Shown: positions 7,433 to 17,009 of the stretch, piece by piece
Layout: every line of letters begins with the position of its first letter
Numbering within the stretch: position 1 is the stretch's first letter
Assembly (NCBI GenBank): GCA_034190465.1
Contig: JAXINV010000003.1
Span: 99,708-137,665, forward strand
Reading direction: 5' to 3'
DNA length: 37,958 bases
DNA from: Candidatus Asbonarchaeum danakilense
GTDB lineage: Archaea; Nanohalarchaeota; Nanosalinia; Nanosalinales; Nanoanaerosalinaceae
Notes under the pieces: model-generated
Seen by the model: the letters and a program-made list of their open reading frames with translations, nothing else
The model's database searches: none
What the model was told of the DNA's origin: nothing
Position numbers and translations under genes: made by a program

Positions 7433-8752
7433 ATGGTCTTCGACCGGCTCAAGGACTCCATCAAGGACTTCGCAGGACTCACCGTCGCCGACAAGGAGGA
7501 CGTCGAGGCGCTGCTCAAGGATATCCAGCGCGATCTCATCCAGGCAGACGTCGACATCCAGCTGGTCAAGGAGCTGACCGACGACATCAAGGACGAGGCA
7601 CTCTCCAAAGAGGTTCCCAGCGGCATCTCCCGCAAGGAGCATGTCCTCAACATCGTCTACGAGCACCTGACCGAGCTTCTCGGCGAGGAAGAGGCAGAGA
7701 TCTCCGTCGAACCGAAGCGGGTCCTGCTGCTCGGCCTGTTCGGCGCCGGGAAGACCACCACCGCCGGCAAGCTCGCCGACTTCTACCGGAAGCGCGGCAT
7801 GAAGGTCGGCCTCATCGCCGCCGACGTCCACCGACCCGCCGCCTACCAGCAGCTGAAGCAGAACGCGGAGAAAGCCAACGTCGACTTCTACGGCGAGGAA
7901 GACGCCGACGATGCAGAAGAGGTCGTCCGTCGCGGCATGGACGAGCTCTCCGACTGCCAGATCGTGATCGTGGACTCCGCCGGCCGGGACTCGATGAACG
8001 ACGAGCTCCGCGAAGAACTTGAAGGCATCGAGCGGGTCTTCCAGCCCGACGAGAAGCTGCTCGTCGTGCCCGCGGACATCGGCCAGTCAGCCCGCGAGCA
8101 GGCAGAGACGTTCGACGGCGCTGTCGGCATCAACGGCGTCGTCGTCACCAAGATGGACTCCTCCGCCAAGGGAGGCGGCGCCCTGTCCAGCTGCGCCCGG
8201 ACCGACGCCACCATCCAGTTCATCGGCACCGGTGAAGGCCTCGAGGACCTGGAGGTCTACGACCCCGAGGACTTCGTCTCCGAGCTGCTCGGCGTGCCCG
8301 ACCTGTCCAGCCTGATCGAGAAGGCGCAGCAGGCGATCGACGAGGAAGACGCCAAGAAGTTCATGGAGGGCGACTTCACCCTGAAGGACTTCTACGAGCA
8401 GATGGAGCAGATGACCGACATGGGCGGGTTCGACAAGATCCTCGACATGCTGCCGATCAGCCAGTCCAAGCTGCCTGACAACGCGATGGAGATGCAGGAA
8501 GAACAGATCGAGCGCTACAGGCACATCATGGACTCGATGACCGAGGAGGAGATGGAGGAACCGAAGATCATCGACGGCGACCGCGCCGAACGCATCGCCA
8601 GGGGTTCAGGCACCAGCAAGAAGGAGGTACGGCAGATGATCAAGCAGTACCGCCAGGCGAAGAACATGATGGACAAATTCGGCGGCAGCGGCGGCAAGGG
8701 CCTCAAGCGCGGCAACATGAGCAAGATCATGCAGCAGATGGGGCTCCGCTAA
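7433..8752 (+). CDS. srp54: Signal recognition particle protein SRP54
   Basis: LIQADV, GLFGAGKTTT, DVHRPAA, DSAGR, TKMDSSAKGGGAL; Met-rich M domain with RIARGSG. Confidence 0.97.
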   Translation: MVFDRLKDSIKDFAGLTVADKEDVEALLKDIQRDLIQADVDIQLVKELTDDIKDEALSKEVPSGISRKEHVLNIVYEHLTELLGEEEAEISVEPKRVLLLGLFGAGKTTTAGKLADFYRKRGMKVGLIAADVHRPAAYQQLKQNAEKANVDFYGEEDADDAEEVVRRGMDELSDCQIVIVDSAGRDSMNDELREELEGIERVFQPDEKLLVVPADIGQSAREQAETFDGAVGINGVVVTKMDSSAKGGGALSSCARTDATIQFIGTGEGLEDLEVYDPEDFVSELLGVPDLSSLIEKAQQAIDEEDAKKFMEGDFTLKDFYEQMEQMTDMGGFDKILDMLPISQSKLPDNAMEMQEEQIERYRHIMDSMTEEEMEEPKIIDGDRAERIARGSGTSKKEVRQMIKQYRQAKNMMDKFGGSGGKGLKRGNMSKIMQQMGLR

Positions 8753-8784
8753 TCCTATAAATCTCCACCTCGACACTTCTCCCG

Positions 8785-10161
8785 ATGGACCGACCGAACG
8801 TTGTCCTCGTCACGCTCGACTCCACCCGGCGGGACAGACTCTCCTGCTACGGGTACGAACGGGAGACCTCCCCCACCATCGACGAGTTCGCAGCGGAAGC
8901 TACACGGTACGATAACGCCGTTTCACAGTCGACGTGGTCACTTCCTACACATGCCTCGATCTTCACCGGCAGATACCCGTCCGAGCACGGGGCGACGTTC
9001 GTCTCACCGTTCCTCGCTGACGAGACCACGCTCGCGGAGCGACTGCAGGAGGAGGGATACGACACGATCGGTGTCTCCCCCAACTTCGTCGTCAGACCGA
9101 CCTCAGGGCTGCATGCTGGCTTCGACCACTTCAGCACGCCGCAGGTCGGAAACATCCCGGACCCGCTGATCCCGCCGTTCAACAAATGCATGGACGTGGT
9201 CTCCAGCTCGATCCCGCTGCGGCGGCTGAGCGAGCAGATCTACACCACGTATCACCAGCTCTTCCAGAGCCGGGCCGCCGAAAGAATCGAACAGGCGAGG
9301 TCTCCCGACACTATCGACAGCATCCGTGAGTGCCTCGACGCGTCAGACGACCCGTTCTTCCTTTTTGCCAACTTCATGGACCCTCACATGCCCCATCACC
9401 CCAAAGAACGGTTCAGGAAGCATTTCGTTGAAGATGAATCCCTCGAAGTGCCCATGAGGGCCAGCAGCGACATGAAGAAAGAATCCCTGAGCGACAGGCA
9501 GATCAGGAAACTCAACCAGCTGTACGATGCTGATATCCGTGCGATGGACCACTACCTCGGCCAGTTGTTCGACCTGTTGAAAGAGCGTGGCTGCTACGAG
9601 GACAGCCTCATCATCCTCGTCGCCGATCACGGCGAAAGCCTGGGCGAGGAACGCGTCATCGGCCACAAAGTGTCCGTCTCCGAACACGTCATTAACGTCC
9701 CACTCCTGATCAAGTATCCGGATCATCAGGAAGCAGAGGTCGTCGAAGAACCGGTCGAGACCAGGAAAATCTTCCACACCATCGTCAACGAGGCGACAGA
9801 AGAGAACATGGATGGACTCGAGGACCCTGAAGGAGGGATCGTCCTGGGAGAGTACTTCCCACCGATGATCGACTTTGAGAGAGCCCGGGAAGACGGTGAA
9901 TGGGTCTACACCGATACGACAACAAGCCCCGTCCGGTACGCCCGGAACGCCGAGAACAAGGTCATCCTCCACGACGGGACAGAACACGCCGTCAATGTTG
10001 ACGACGGCACGACCATGACAGATGAAGAACGGTTTGAGCTGCTCGAAGAGATCGATAAACGACTCGGAAGCCTTGAACCGGTACGCGAAAACTTTTTCCA
10101 GCGGCTTGAGAACACAAACGAGCTTCGGATACCGTTCATCGGTAACCTGCTACAGACATAG
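8785..10161 (+). CDS. Sulfatase-like hydrolase/transferase (alkaline phosphatase superfamily), no signal peptide
   Basis: PNVVLVTLDSTR, WSLPTHASIFTG, MDPHMP and ADHGE...GH motifs. Confidence 0.88.
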   Translation: MDRPNVVLVTLDSTRRDRLSCYGYERETSPTIDEFAAEATRYDNAVSQSTWSLPTHASIFTGRYPSEHGATFVSPFLADETTLAERLQEEGYDTIGVSPNFVVRPTSGLHAGFDHFSTPQVGNIPDPLIPPFNKCMDVVSSSIPLRRLSEQIYTTYHQLFQSRAAERIEQARSPDTIDSIRECLDASDDPFFLFANFMDPHMPHHPKERFRKHFVEDESLEVPMRASSDMKKESLSDRQIRKLNQLYDADIRAMDHYLGQLFDLLKERGCYEDSLIILVADHGESLGEERVIGHKVSVSEHVINVPLLIKYPDHQEAEVVEEPVETRKIFHTIVNEATEENMDGLEDPEGGIVLGEYFPPMIDFERAREDGEWVYTDTTTSPVRYARNAENKVILHDGTEHAVNVDDGTTMTDEERFELLEEIDKRLGSLEPVRENFFQRLENTNELRIPFIGNLLQT

Positions 10162-10375
10162 CCCCTCCCACCGAGGCGTCGGTCACCGTTGCGACGTATC
10201 CTCATGCCTTCTAGGATCTATATGGCGTGGTTAAAGACCTATTTGCGTTCCCTGGGCTCCTAACATGTTTCCAAGGCTTTTCTGGGCCTCTGAAGCTGCT
10301 CATGTCCCGGATCGTGAACCGGAAGACCCGTTCGCTTAAAAGGGTTGCCGCCCAATTGACCGGCGGCGAGTCAGT

Positions 10376-11365
10376 ATGAAGGTCTGTCACTACGCGCATT
10401 CCGTGGACCGTATAGAGGGGGGACACAAGTTCTCCATCCAGAACCAGCGGAAGGCGCTCGACAAGGCCAACATCGACTACACCACCGACCCCCAAGACGA
10501 CTACGACATCCTGCACGTCAACCTCTGGCTCCCGCCCTCGATCTACCGGATGAAGCAAGCCCGCAGGAACGGTAAAAAAATAGTTGCCCACGGCCACAGC
10601 ATCGAAGAAGACTTCAAGGACTCGTTCCGGTTCTCCAACTACCTGGCACCACTGTTCAGGCGCTACCTCAAGTACTATTACCGACACGCCGACCTGATCA
10701 TCTGCGTCTCAGAATACACCGAGCGCGTCCTGAACGACTGGGGGTTCGACAACACCACCGTCATCAGCAACGGCATCGACACCGAACGCTTCAACGGCTT
10801 CAAAGACCGCCGACAGCAGGCACGGGATCGTCATGGGCTTGACGGCACCGCTTACTTCTGCGTCGGCTCCGTCTTCAAGCGGAAAGGTATCGAAACCTTC
10901 ATCGAGCTTGCCAGGCGGAACCCGAACCGGGAGTTCATCTGGTTCGGCGCAATCTTCAACAGCGCCATCATGCAGCGCGGGACCAACAGTCTGGTCAAGG
11001 ACGCTCCCGACAACGTCATATTCACCGGGTTCATCGACGACATCCGCGACGCCTACGCCGCCGGCGACATCTTCCTCTACCCGACACAGGAGGAGACACA
11101 TGGCATGCCGGCCTACGAGGCAGCTTACTGCGGCAAACCGATAATCCTCCGCGACATCCCCGCGTTCCGCGACGCGTTCGAGGACGGCCACGACTGCCGC
11201 AAGGCGTCGAACATCGAGGAATTTGAAGAGGCGATGGAGGAGATCGAGGAAGACGATAAACTCCGCGAACAACTTGAAACGAACGCCCAGGAAACAGCAG
11301 GACACCACACGCTCGACAACGTCGGCGAAGAGCTGAAAGACGCGTATGAACGTGTCCTCGGGTGA
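10376..11365 (+). CDS. GT4 glycosyltransferase (LafB/CpoA-like)
   Basis: QRKAL...DYDILH N-terminus, ISNGID, RKG, ETHGMPAYEA. Confidence 0.9.
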   Translation: MKVCHYAHSVDRIEGGHKFSIQNQRKALDKANIDYTTDPQDDYDILHVNLWLPPSIYRMKQARRNGKKIVAHGHSIEEDFKDSFRFSNYLAPLFRRYLKYYYRHADLIICVSEYTERVLNDWGFDNTTVISNGIDTERFNGFKDRRQQARDRHGLDGTAYFCVGSVFKRKGIETFIELARRNPNREFIWFGAIFNSAIMQRGTNSLVKDAPDNVIFTGFIDDIRDAYAAGDIFLYPTQEETHGMPAYEAAYCGKPIILRDIPAFRDAFEDGHDCRKASNIEEFEEAMEEIEEDDKLREQLETNAQETAGHHTLDNVGEELKDAYERVLG

Positions 11366-11818
11366 TACAATGAAGGTCTGCCACCTGAAAGAGACCGAAT
11401 ACTACCTCGGTGGTATCAGCGCCTCGATACAGCACCAGCGGAAGGCGCTCGACAAGGCCAACATCGACTACACCACCGACCCCCAAGACGACTACGACAT
11501 CCTCCACACCAACATCGCCTCACCGATTGCGATCTACCACCTAAAGAAAGCTCGAAGGAACGACGCAAAGACCATCGTCCACACGCACACAACCGTCGAG
11601 GACTTCAAGAACTCATTCCGGTTCTCCAATCACCTGAGCTACCCTGTCAAGAAATATATCACGTACCTGTACAGCCATGCCGACCTGCTGGTCTGCCCGT
11701 CGACGTACAATGAGGACCTCATCAACGACTACGGGTTTGACAACACCACCGTCATCAGCAACGGCATCGACACCGAACGCTTCAACGGCTTCAAAGACCG
11801 CCGACAGCAGGCACGGGA
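10443..11818 (+). repeat. Identical DNA blocks shared by the two GT4 paralogs: 10443-10512 = 11434-11503 (70 bp) and 10748-10827 = 11739-11818 (80 bp)
   Basis: Direct base-by-base comparison; constant offset of 991 bp. Confidence 0.9.
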
Positions 11819-12368
11819 GGAATACGGACTGGAACAGACCACCTGTTTCTCCGTCGGGACCGCAATCCAGCGGAAAGGCATCGACACGTTCGTCGACATC
11901 GCCCGGAAGCTCCCCGACCTGGATTTCGCCTGGTTCGGCAACATCATGCGAAGCGTGATGACACAGCGCGGCACGAAAGAGATCATCGAGGGGACACCAC
12001 AGAATGCACAGTTCACCGGGTTCATCGACGACATCCGCGACGCGTTCGCCGCCGGCGACATCTTCCTCTACCCGACCCGGGTCGAGAATCAGGGAATCCC
12101 CGCGCTCGAGGCGGCGTACTGCGGGAAGCCGCTGGTACTCCGTGACATCCCGGTCTTCGACGAATACTTCGAGCACGGCCATAACTGCCTGAAGGCCGGG
12201 GACGTGGACGAATTCATTGAACATATCAAACGGTTGAAGAGAGACGACGAGCTGCGTGAACGGATCGCTTCCAACGCACGGGCAACAGCAGAGAAACACA
12301 CACTCGACAACGTCGGTGAAAAGCTCAGAAAAACATATGAAAACCTCATTGACGGTGATATACCGTGA
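11370..12368 (+). CDS. GT4 glycosyltransferase (LafB/CpoA-like), tandem paralog of the preceding gene
   Basis: Same architecture; ENQGIPALEA; SD ggtga before ATG 11370. Confidence 0.9.
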   Translation: MKVCHLKETEYYLGGISASIQHQRKALDKANIDYTTDPQDDYDILHTNIASPIAIYHLKKARRNDAKTIVHTHTTVEDFKNSFRFSNHLSYPVKKYITYLYSHADLLVCPSTYNEDLINDYGFDNTTVISNGIDTERFNGFKDRRQQAREEYGLEQTTCFSVGTAIQRKGIDTFVDIARKLPDLDFAWFGNIMRSVMTQRGTKEIIEGTPQNAQFTGFIDDIRDAFAAGDIFLYPTRVENQGIPALEAAYCGKPLVLRDIPVFDEYFEHGHNCLKAGDVDEFIEHIKRLKRDDELRERIASNARATAEKHTLDNVGEKLRKTYENLIDGDIP

Positions 12369-13540
12369 AAATTGCGCTTTTCACCGACACATACCTCCCC
12401 ACAGTCAACGGGATCAGCTACGCGATCCACAACTGGAAGGAGGAGCTGGAGTCGCGCGGCCACGAGGCCACGATCGTGTGTCCCGCCCCGGGCAGCGACG
12501 AGGACGACGTCACGTTCGCCTCGATCAACTTCCCGTTCTACCAGGGTTTCCGCGCCTCGGTCTTCCCGCCTGTGACGCATGATTTCTCGGAGTACGACGT
12601 TGTCCACCTTAACTCGTTCTTCGGGGCTGGCCTGTACGGCATGTGGGCAGCGACCAAGCACAACCTGCCCGTCGTCGCCACGGTCCATACGCCGATCGAG
12701 GAATACCTGGAGTACATCTCCAGTTCCACACTCTTCCAGAAGTTCGCCTACTCCATCTATCACGAATGGGAGACCTACCTGATCAACAAATCCAACCGGT
12801 GCCTGACACCGACCGCCGCGGTCCGGGACGAGGTCAAGAACGACGTGCTGCAGGACATCCATGTGCTGTCCAACGGCGTCGACACAGAGTTCTTCCGGCC
12901 GCAGGACGACACCGCATTCCGCGAGGAGTTCGGGATCGACGACGAACGTGTCATCGGCTACACCGGGCGGCTCGGACGTGAGAAACGGCTGGATGAGCTG
13001 ATAGCACTGGCCGACCGCTTCGACGGCACCATCCTCATCGGTGGGGACGGTCCGATGCGGGAGCAGTACAGAAATCTGGCCAGAGGGCAGGATAACGTCA
13101 TATTCACAGGATTCATCGACCGTGAACGCCTTCCCGAACTGTACTCCTGCCTCGACATCTTCGTGTTCCCGTCACGGGTCGAGACCGAGGGCCTGGTCGG
13201 GCTCGAGGCGAACGCCTGCGGTACGCCTGTCGTCGGGGCCGACGCCGGCGGGCTGCGGAACGCGATTGAAGATGGCCGGAACGGCTACCACTACGAACCA
13301 GGAAACGTCGCAGATCTGCACGACAAGATCGAAAAAGCGTACAGTTCTCTGGACGACCTCACCGCCGGTGCCAGGGAAGCCGCCAACACCAAGTCCCTGG
13401 AACAGACCGTCGACCGGCTGCTGGAGCATTACGGGGATGTCACAGCGCTGGACTTAGACCGCGGTGGTCGACTGCGACCACCGGGTTTGCCCGTGCTGCG
13501 CCGCCCATCACTGCCGTTCAATCCTCGTTCCGGAGATTAG
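12365..13540 (+). CDS. GT4 glycosyltransferase (LafA/monoglucosyl-lipid synthase-like)
   Basis: MKIALFTDTYLPTVNG N-terminus, GRLGREK, ETEGLVGLEA; GTG start overlapping the previous stop. Confidence 0.9.
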   Translation: MKIALFTDTYLPTVNGISYAIHNWKEELESRGHEATIVCPAPGSDEDDVTFASINFPFYQGFRASVFPPVTHDFSEYDVVHLNSFFGAGLYGMWAATKHNLPVVATVHTPIEEYLEYISSSTLFQKFAYSIYHEWETYLINKSNRCLTPTAAVRDEVKNDVLQDIHVLSNGVDTEFFRPQDDTAFREEFGIDDERVIGYTGRLGREKRLDELIALADRFDGTILIGGDGPMREQYRNLARGQDNVIFTGFIDRERLPELYSCLDIFVFPSRVETEGLVGLEANACGTPVVGADAGGLRNAIEDGRNGYHYEPGNVADLHDKIEKAYSSLDDLTAGAREAANTKSLEQTVDRLLEHYGDVTALDLDRGGRLRPPGLPVLRRPSLPFNPRSGD

Positions 13541-14607
13541 CCCGGGATATCCCGTTCTTCTTCCTCGACCGCCTGCTTCACATCCTCCCAGGACGTCGAT
13601 ATCCGCCAGAGTGACAGCGCACCGAGGACAAGCGGCACCGCATACACTGCTCCTCGAAACAGGATGACCGCCGCCGACGCCATACCGGACGGAACACCGG
13701 CCAGCAAGATGAGAAGCGACACCAAGATGAGCTCGACACCGCCAAGGCCGCCTGGCAGCGGCATATAGAACGCAATCACCGACATAGGGGTGATCAGCAT
13801 GATGATGAAGAACGGTGCCTTCCAGCCGACCGCAAGGAGGAACGCGTACAGCCCAACAAACCCCAGCAGACCGGCGGCATGTGTCACGATCAGCGACTCG
13901 ACAAGCATCCATCGACGTGCAAAGACCTCCCTGACCGTGCCCCGGAAGTTCTGGTACCGGGACCGTATCTCGTCCGCAGAGAGATCGTCGAACAGGCCAT
14001 CGTCGAAGCCGATGAACCGGGAAACGCGGCCGAACCCCGCCCTGGCCGCCAGAAGAAGACGGAGCGCGACCTCGCCACGGTACCAGAACAGCACACCGAA
14101 GCCGAGGATAAAGAGCGCTGCAAGCAGTACCGTTACCGCCAGCAGCCGGACAACGATACCTGTGGACTGAAACAGGATGAAGTAGGTCACCCCGATGACG
14201 GAGTAGGTGAAGAACGGGACCGAATTGATGAGATCCGCGGAGAAGATGCCAGCGAACGACTTCTCGTACGAGATCGACGAGTTCTTCGACAGAATGTAAG
14301 CCATGATCGGTTCACCGCCCATCTGGCCGAGCGGGGTTATCCCGTTGGCGAAATCTCCAGCGTAGAACACCTTGATCGTTTTGATGAGCCCGATATCGTA
14401 GCCGATACCGTTGAGGACGATGTACCAGTTGAATGCAAACATCACAATCTGCATCGTGCCCGCAACGAACCCGAGGACGACGAACACCGGTTTCGCCTGC
14501 CAGAGCGCCGCCGCTATCTCCTCCCAGCCCACGAACGATGTCAGCGCGATCAGAATACCGACACCCAGCAAGAAGTACAGCAGGGTGCGTCGCCAGCGCT
14601 GTTCCAT
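13537..14607 (-). CDS. UPF0104 / lysylphosphatidylglycerol synthase TM-domain (flippase-like) membrane protein
   Basis: Multi-TM; FANGITPLGQMGGEP, PLPGGLGGVE and LFRG motifs; start may be 14619. Confidence 0.88.
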   Translation of the reverse strand: MEQRWRRTLLYFLLGVGILIALTSFVGWEEIAAALWQAKPVFVVLGFVAGTMQIVMFAFNWYIVLNGIGYDIGLIKTIKVFYAGDFANGITPLGQMGGEPIMAYILSKNSSISYEKSFAGIFSADLINSVPFFTYSVIGVTYFILFQSTGIVVRLLAVTVLLAALFILGFGVLFWYRGEVALRLLLAARAGFGRVSRFIGFDDGLFDDLSADEIRSRYQNFRGTVREVFARRWMLVESLIVTHAAGLLGFVGLYAFLLAVGWKAPFFIIMLITPMSVIAFYMPLPGGLGGVELILVSLLILLAGVPSGMASAAVILFRGAVYAVPLVLGALSLWRISTSWEDVKQAVEEEERDIPG

Positions 14608-14661
14608 ACAGCAGCACATGCTGGCATAACTATTTCAAATATGGGTGCCGCATCGCGGTAC

Positions 14662-14931
14662 ATGGAACAGCTTCACGTCTTCATCAAGGGCCGGGTCCAG
14701 GGCGTCACGTTCAGGGCAAGCACGAAACAGAAGGCGGAAGAGCTCGGCCTCGACGGCTGGGTCAGGAACCTCGACGACGGTCGCGTTGAGGCAGTGTTCC
14801 AGGGCGACGACGAGGCACTGGAGCAGATCGTCGAATTCTGCCACCACGGGCCCTCCCCCGCCGAGGTCGAGAACGTGGGGCTGACAGAGGAGGAGCCCGA
14901 CGACCTGGACGGCTTCACCATCCGCCGCTGA
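14662..14931 (+). CDS. acyP: Acylphosphatase
   Basis: GRVQGVTFR and GWVRNLDDGRVE signatures. Confidence 0.95.
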   Translation: MEQLHVFIKGRVQGVTFRASTKQKAEELGLDGWVRNLDDGRVEAVFQGDDEALEQIVEFCHHGPSPAEVENVGLTEEEPDDLDGFTIRR

Positions 14932-14978
14932 CACTGCGACGGGGCTTTTTAACTGTTGCACGCCTACCTTCTCCCACG

Positions 14979-16259
14979 ATGGATATCAACGAGAAAGCGG
15001 ATATGCTGCAGGAACACAGGCTCTGCGACCACTGCTTCGGCCGCCAGTTCGCCCGGCTGGGCCACGGCCTGGAGAACTGGGAACGGTCGCTTATCATCAA
15101 GGAACTGCTCGACGAAGGCATTGAAATCGACGAGGACGACATCGACAGGGACAACCTGCCCGACACGGAGCCGTCCCGGACCAAGGACTGCGAGATCTGC
15201 GGCGGGCTGTTCCAGCAGCTTGAGAGCTTCACGGACCGGCTTTTCAACGCGCTGGAGCGGTACGACTTCGATACCTACCTCGTCGGCACCCGCCCACCGC
15301 AGGACGTCGTCGACGCGGAGGAACAGCTCTGGGAGGAGACCGGGCTGCAGTGGGTCGAGCCCATCAAGAGCGAGCTGAACCGGCTGCTCGGCAAGCGGCT
15401 GGAGGCACGACTGGACGAGGAACGCGATATGGATACCACGGTCGACTTCGAGCGCGCGGACGTCAACCCTGTGCTGGACATCGGCAAGGACCGGGTCGAG
15501 GTCCAGGTCAACTCCGTGCTGGTCCACGGCTTCTACAACAAGCTGGCACGGGGCCTCCCACAGACCAAGTGGCCGTGCAACAACTGCCAGGGCAAGGGCT
15601 GCGACGAATGCGACTGGACCGGCAAGCAGTACCAGGACTCCGTCGAGGAACTGATCGCCGAGCCGTTCATCGAGGCGACGAAAGGGCTGGAAAGCAAGTT
15701 CCACGGCGCAGGCCGCGAGGACGTCGATGCCCGGTGCCTGGGCAAGCGCGAGTTCGTCCTGGAGATAACCGAGCCACAGCAGCGCGACCTGGACCTGGAG
15801 GAGCTGCAGCAGCGGATCAACGAGGAGCACGGCAACAAGGTCGAAGTCTTCGGCCTGGAACCGTGCGGCAAGGACCTCGTCGAGACCGTGAAGTCCCGTG
15901 ACGCAGACAAGACCTACAGGGCGCAGGTCGAGCTGGAGGACGCGATCGACGAAGACGACCTGCAGCGGCTCGAGGAGCTGGTCGGCACCGTGGAGCAGCG
16001 GACACCGACCCGCGTCGAGCACCGGCGGGCGGACAAGACCCGGGAGCGCGAGGTCCACGACATCGACTGGGAGTACGTCGACGAGTACCACATCGTGCTC
16101 GAGGTCAAAGGCGAGGCCGGGCTGTACATCAAGGAATTGATCTCCGGCGACCAGGAGAAGACCGAGCCGAGCGTCTCGCACCTGCTGGACACCGTCGCCA
16201 CCTGTACCGAGCTGGATGTCATCGACATCGAGAAACCGCCGGGCTACGAGGACGTCTGA
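14979..16259 (+). CDS. pus10: tRNA pseudouridine(54/55) synthase Pus10
   Basis: N-terminal CxxC pairs, PQTKW, FHGAGREDVDAR, QRTPTRVEHRRAD, GLYIKELISGD. Confidence 0.96.
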   Translation: MDINEKADMLQEHRLCDHCFGRQFARLGHGLENWERSLIIKELLDEGIEIDEDDIDRDNLPDTEPSRTKDCEICGGLFQQLESFTDRLFNALERYDFDTYLVGTRPPQDVVDAEEQLWEETGLQWVEPIKSELNRLLGKRLEARLDEERDMDTTVDFERADVNPVLDIGKDRVEVQVNSVLVHGFYNKLARGLPQTKWPCNNCQGKGCDECDWTGKQYQDSVEELIAEPFIEATKGLESKFHGAGREDVDARCLGKREFVLEITEPQQRDLDLEELQQRINEEHGNKVEVFGLEPCGKDLVETVKSRDADKTYRAQVELEDAIDEDDLQRLEELVGTVEQRTPTRVEHRRADKTREREVHDIDWEYVDEYHIVLEVKGEAGLYIKELISGDQEKTEPSVSHLLDTVATCTELDVIDIEKPPGYEDV

Positions 16260-16370
16260 TCACAGGGCGGCCCCTTTTTCCTGGCCGCGACATGCACACC
16301 ATTTAAAAGGTTCGCCGCCGACTGGGTTTCTGATAGCTCAAACTATAGAGCTGGAACGAGGTGATCATGC

Positions 16371-16661
16371 ATGGCACAGAAGACGACCGGTTCACGTAAC
16401 AAGACACGGCAGAAGCTTACAAAGCATACGAGGGACAAGGAGACGATATCCGACCACCTCAAAAACTTCGACGAGGGGGACCAGGTCAGGATCGATGTAG
16501 ATTCTGCGATCCATGAGGGACTGCCGCATCCTAGGTTCCACGGACGGACCGCGACTGTCACCGGCAAGCGCGGCCAGTCATACATCGTCGAACTCGAGGA
16601 CGGGGGTCAGACCAAGGAACTTCCCGTCTACCCCGCCCACCTGGAACAGGAGGAGGAATAA
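16371..16661 (+). CDS. rpl21e: 50S ribosomal protein L21e
   Basis: GLPHPRFHGRT and PAHL motifs; SD gaggtgat. Confidence 0.96.
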   Translation: MAQKTTGSRNKTRQKLTKHTRDKETISDHLKNFDEGDQVRIDVDSAIHEGLPHPRFHGRTATVTGKRGQSYIVELEDGGQTKELPVYPAHLEQEEE

Positions 16662-16662
16662 G

Positions 16663-16995
16663 ATGAAGATCGTGCATTCCGAGGAATCCGACCCGATCGA
16701 GGCGCTCGAGACGCTCGCTGACAAGGAAGACGAGGGAGAGCTTCGCCACCCGCAACAGATCGGGCTCGAATATCTGCGGAAGAACGCGAAGATCAAGGAC
16801 CGGGAGAGCTACGAGGAACTCAAAGACGAGCTGGCCGAAATCGACAGCCTCAAGGAGAAGCATATCATCAAGATCCTCGACATCCTGCCCAAACACGAGG
16901 AAGAAGTAGAAGCGCTGTTCAGCAAAGAACGGGTAAAGCTGGACGACGAAGAGATCCAGCAGATCATCGATATCTGCAGCTCCTACGAGGAATGA
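16663..16995 (+). CDS. rpo4: RNA polymerase subunit Rpo4 (RpoF)
   Basis: LEYLRK, KILDILP..EEV..LF.KE motifs; canonical position after rpl21e. Confidence 0.9.
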   Translation: MKIVHSEESDPIEALETLADKEDEGELRHPQQIGLEYLRKNAKIKDRESYEELKDELAEIDSLKEKHIIKILDILPKHEEEVEALFSKERVKLDDEEIQQIIDICSSYEE

Positions 16996-17009
16996 ATGGA
17001 GGATAGGGC

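Noticed and set aside
10162..10375. AT-richer 214-bp spacer as possible ncRNA or IS end
   Set aside because: No convincing stem-loops, terminal inverted repeats or C/D boxes; only a likely promoter (cttaaaa at ~10335)
13879..14661. Long N-terminal extension of the acylphosphatase ORF
   Set aside because: Antisense to the UPF0104 gene; AcyP homology starts at ATG 14662
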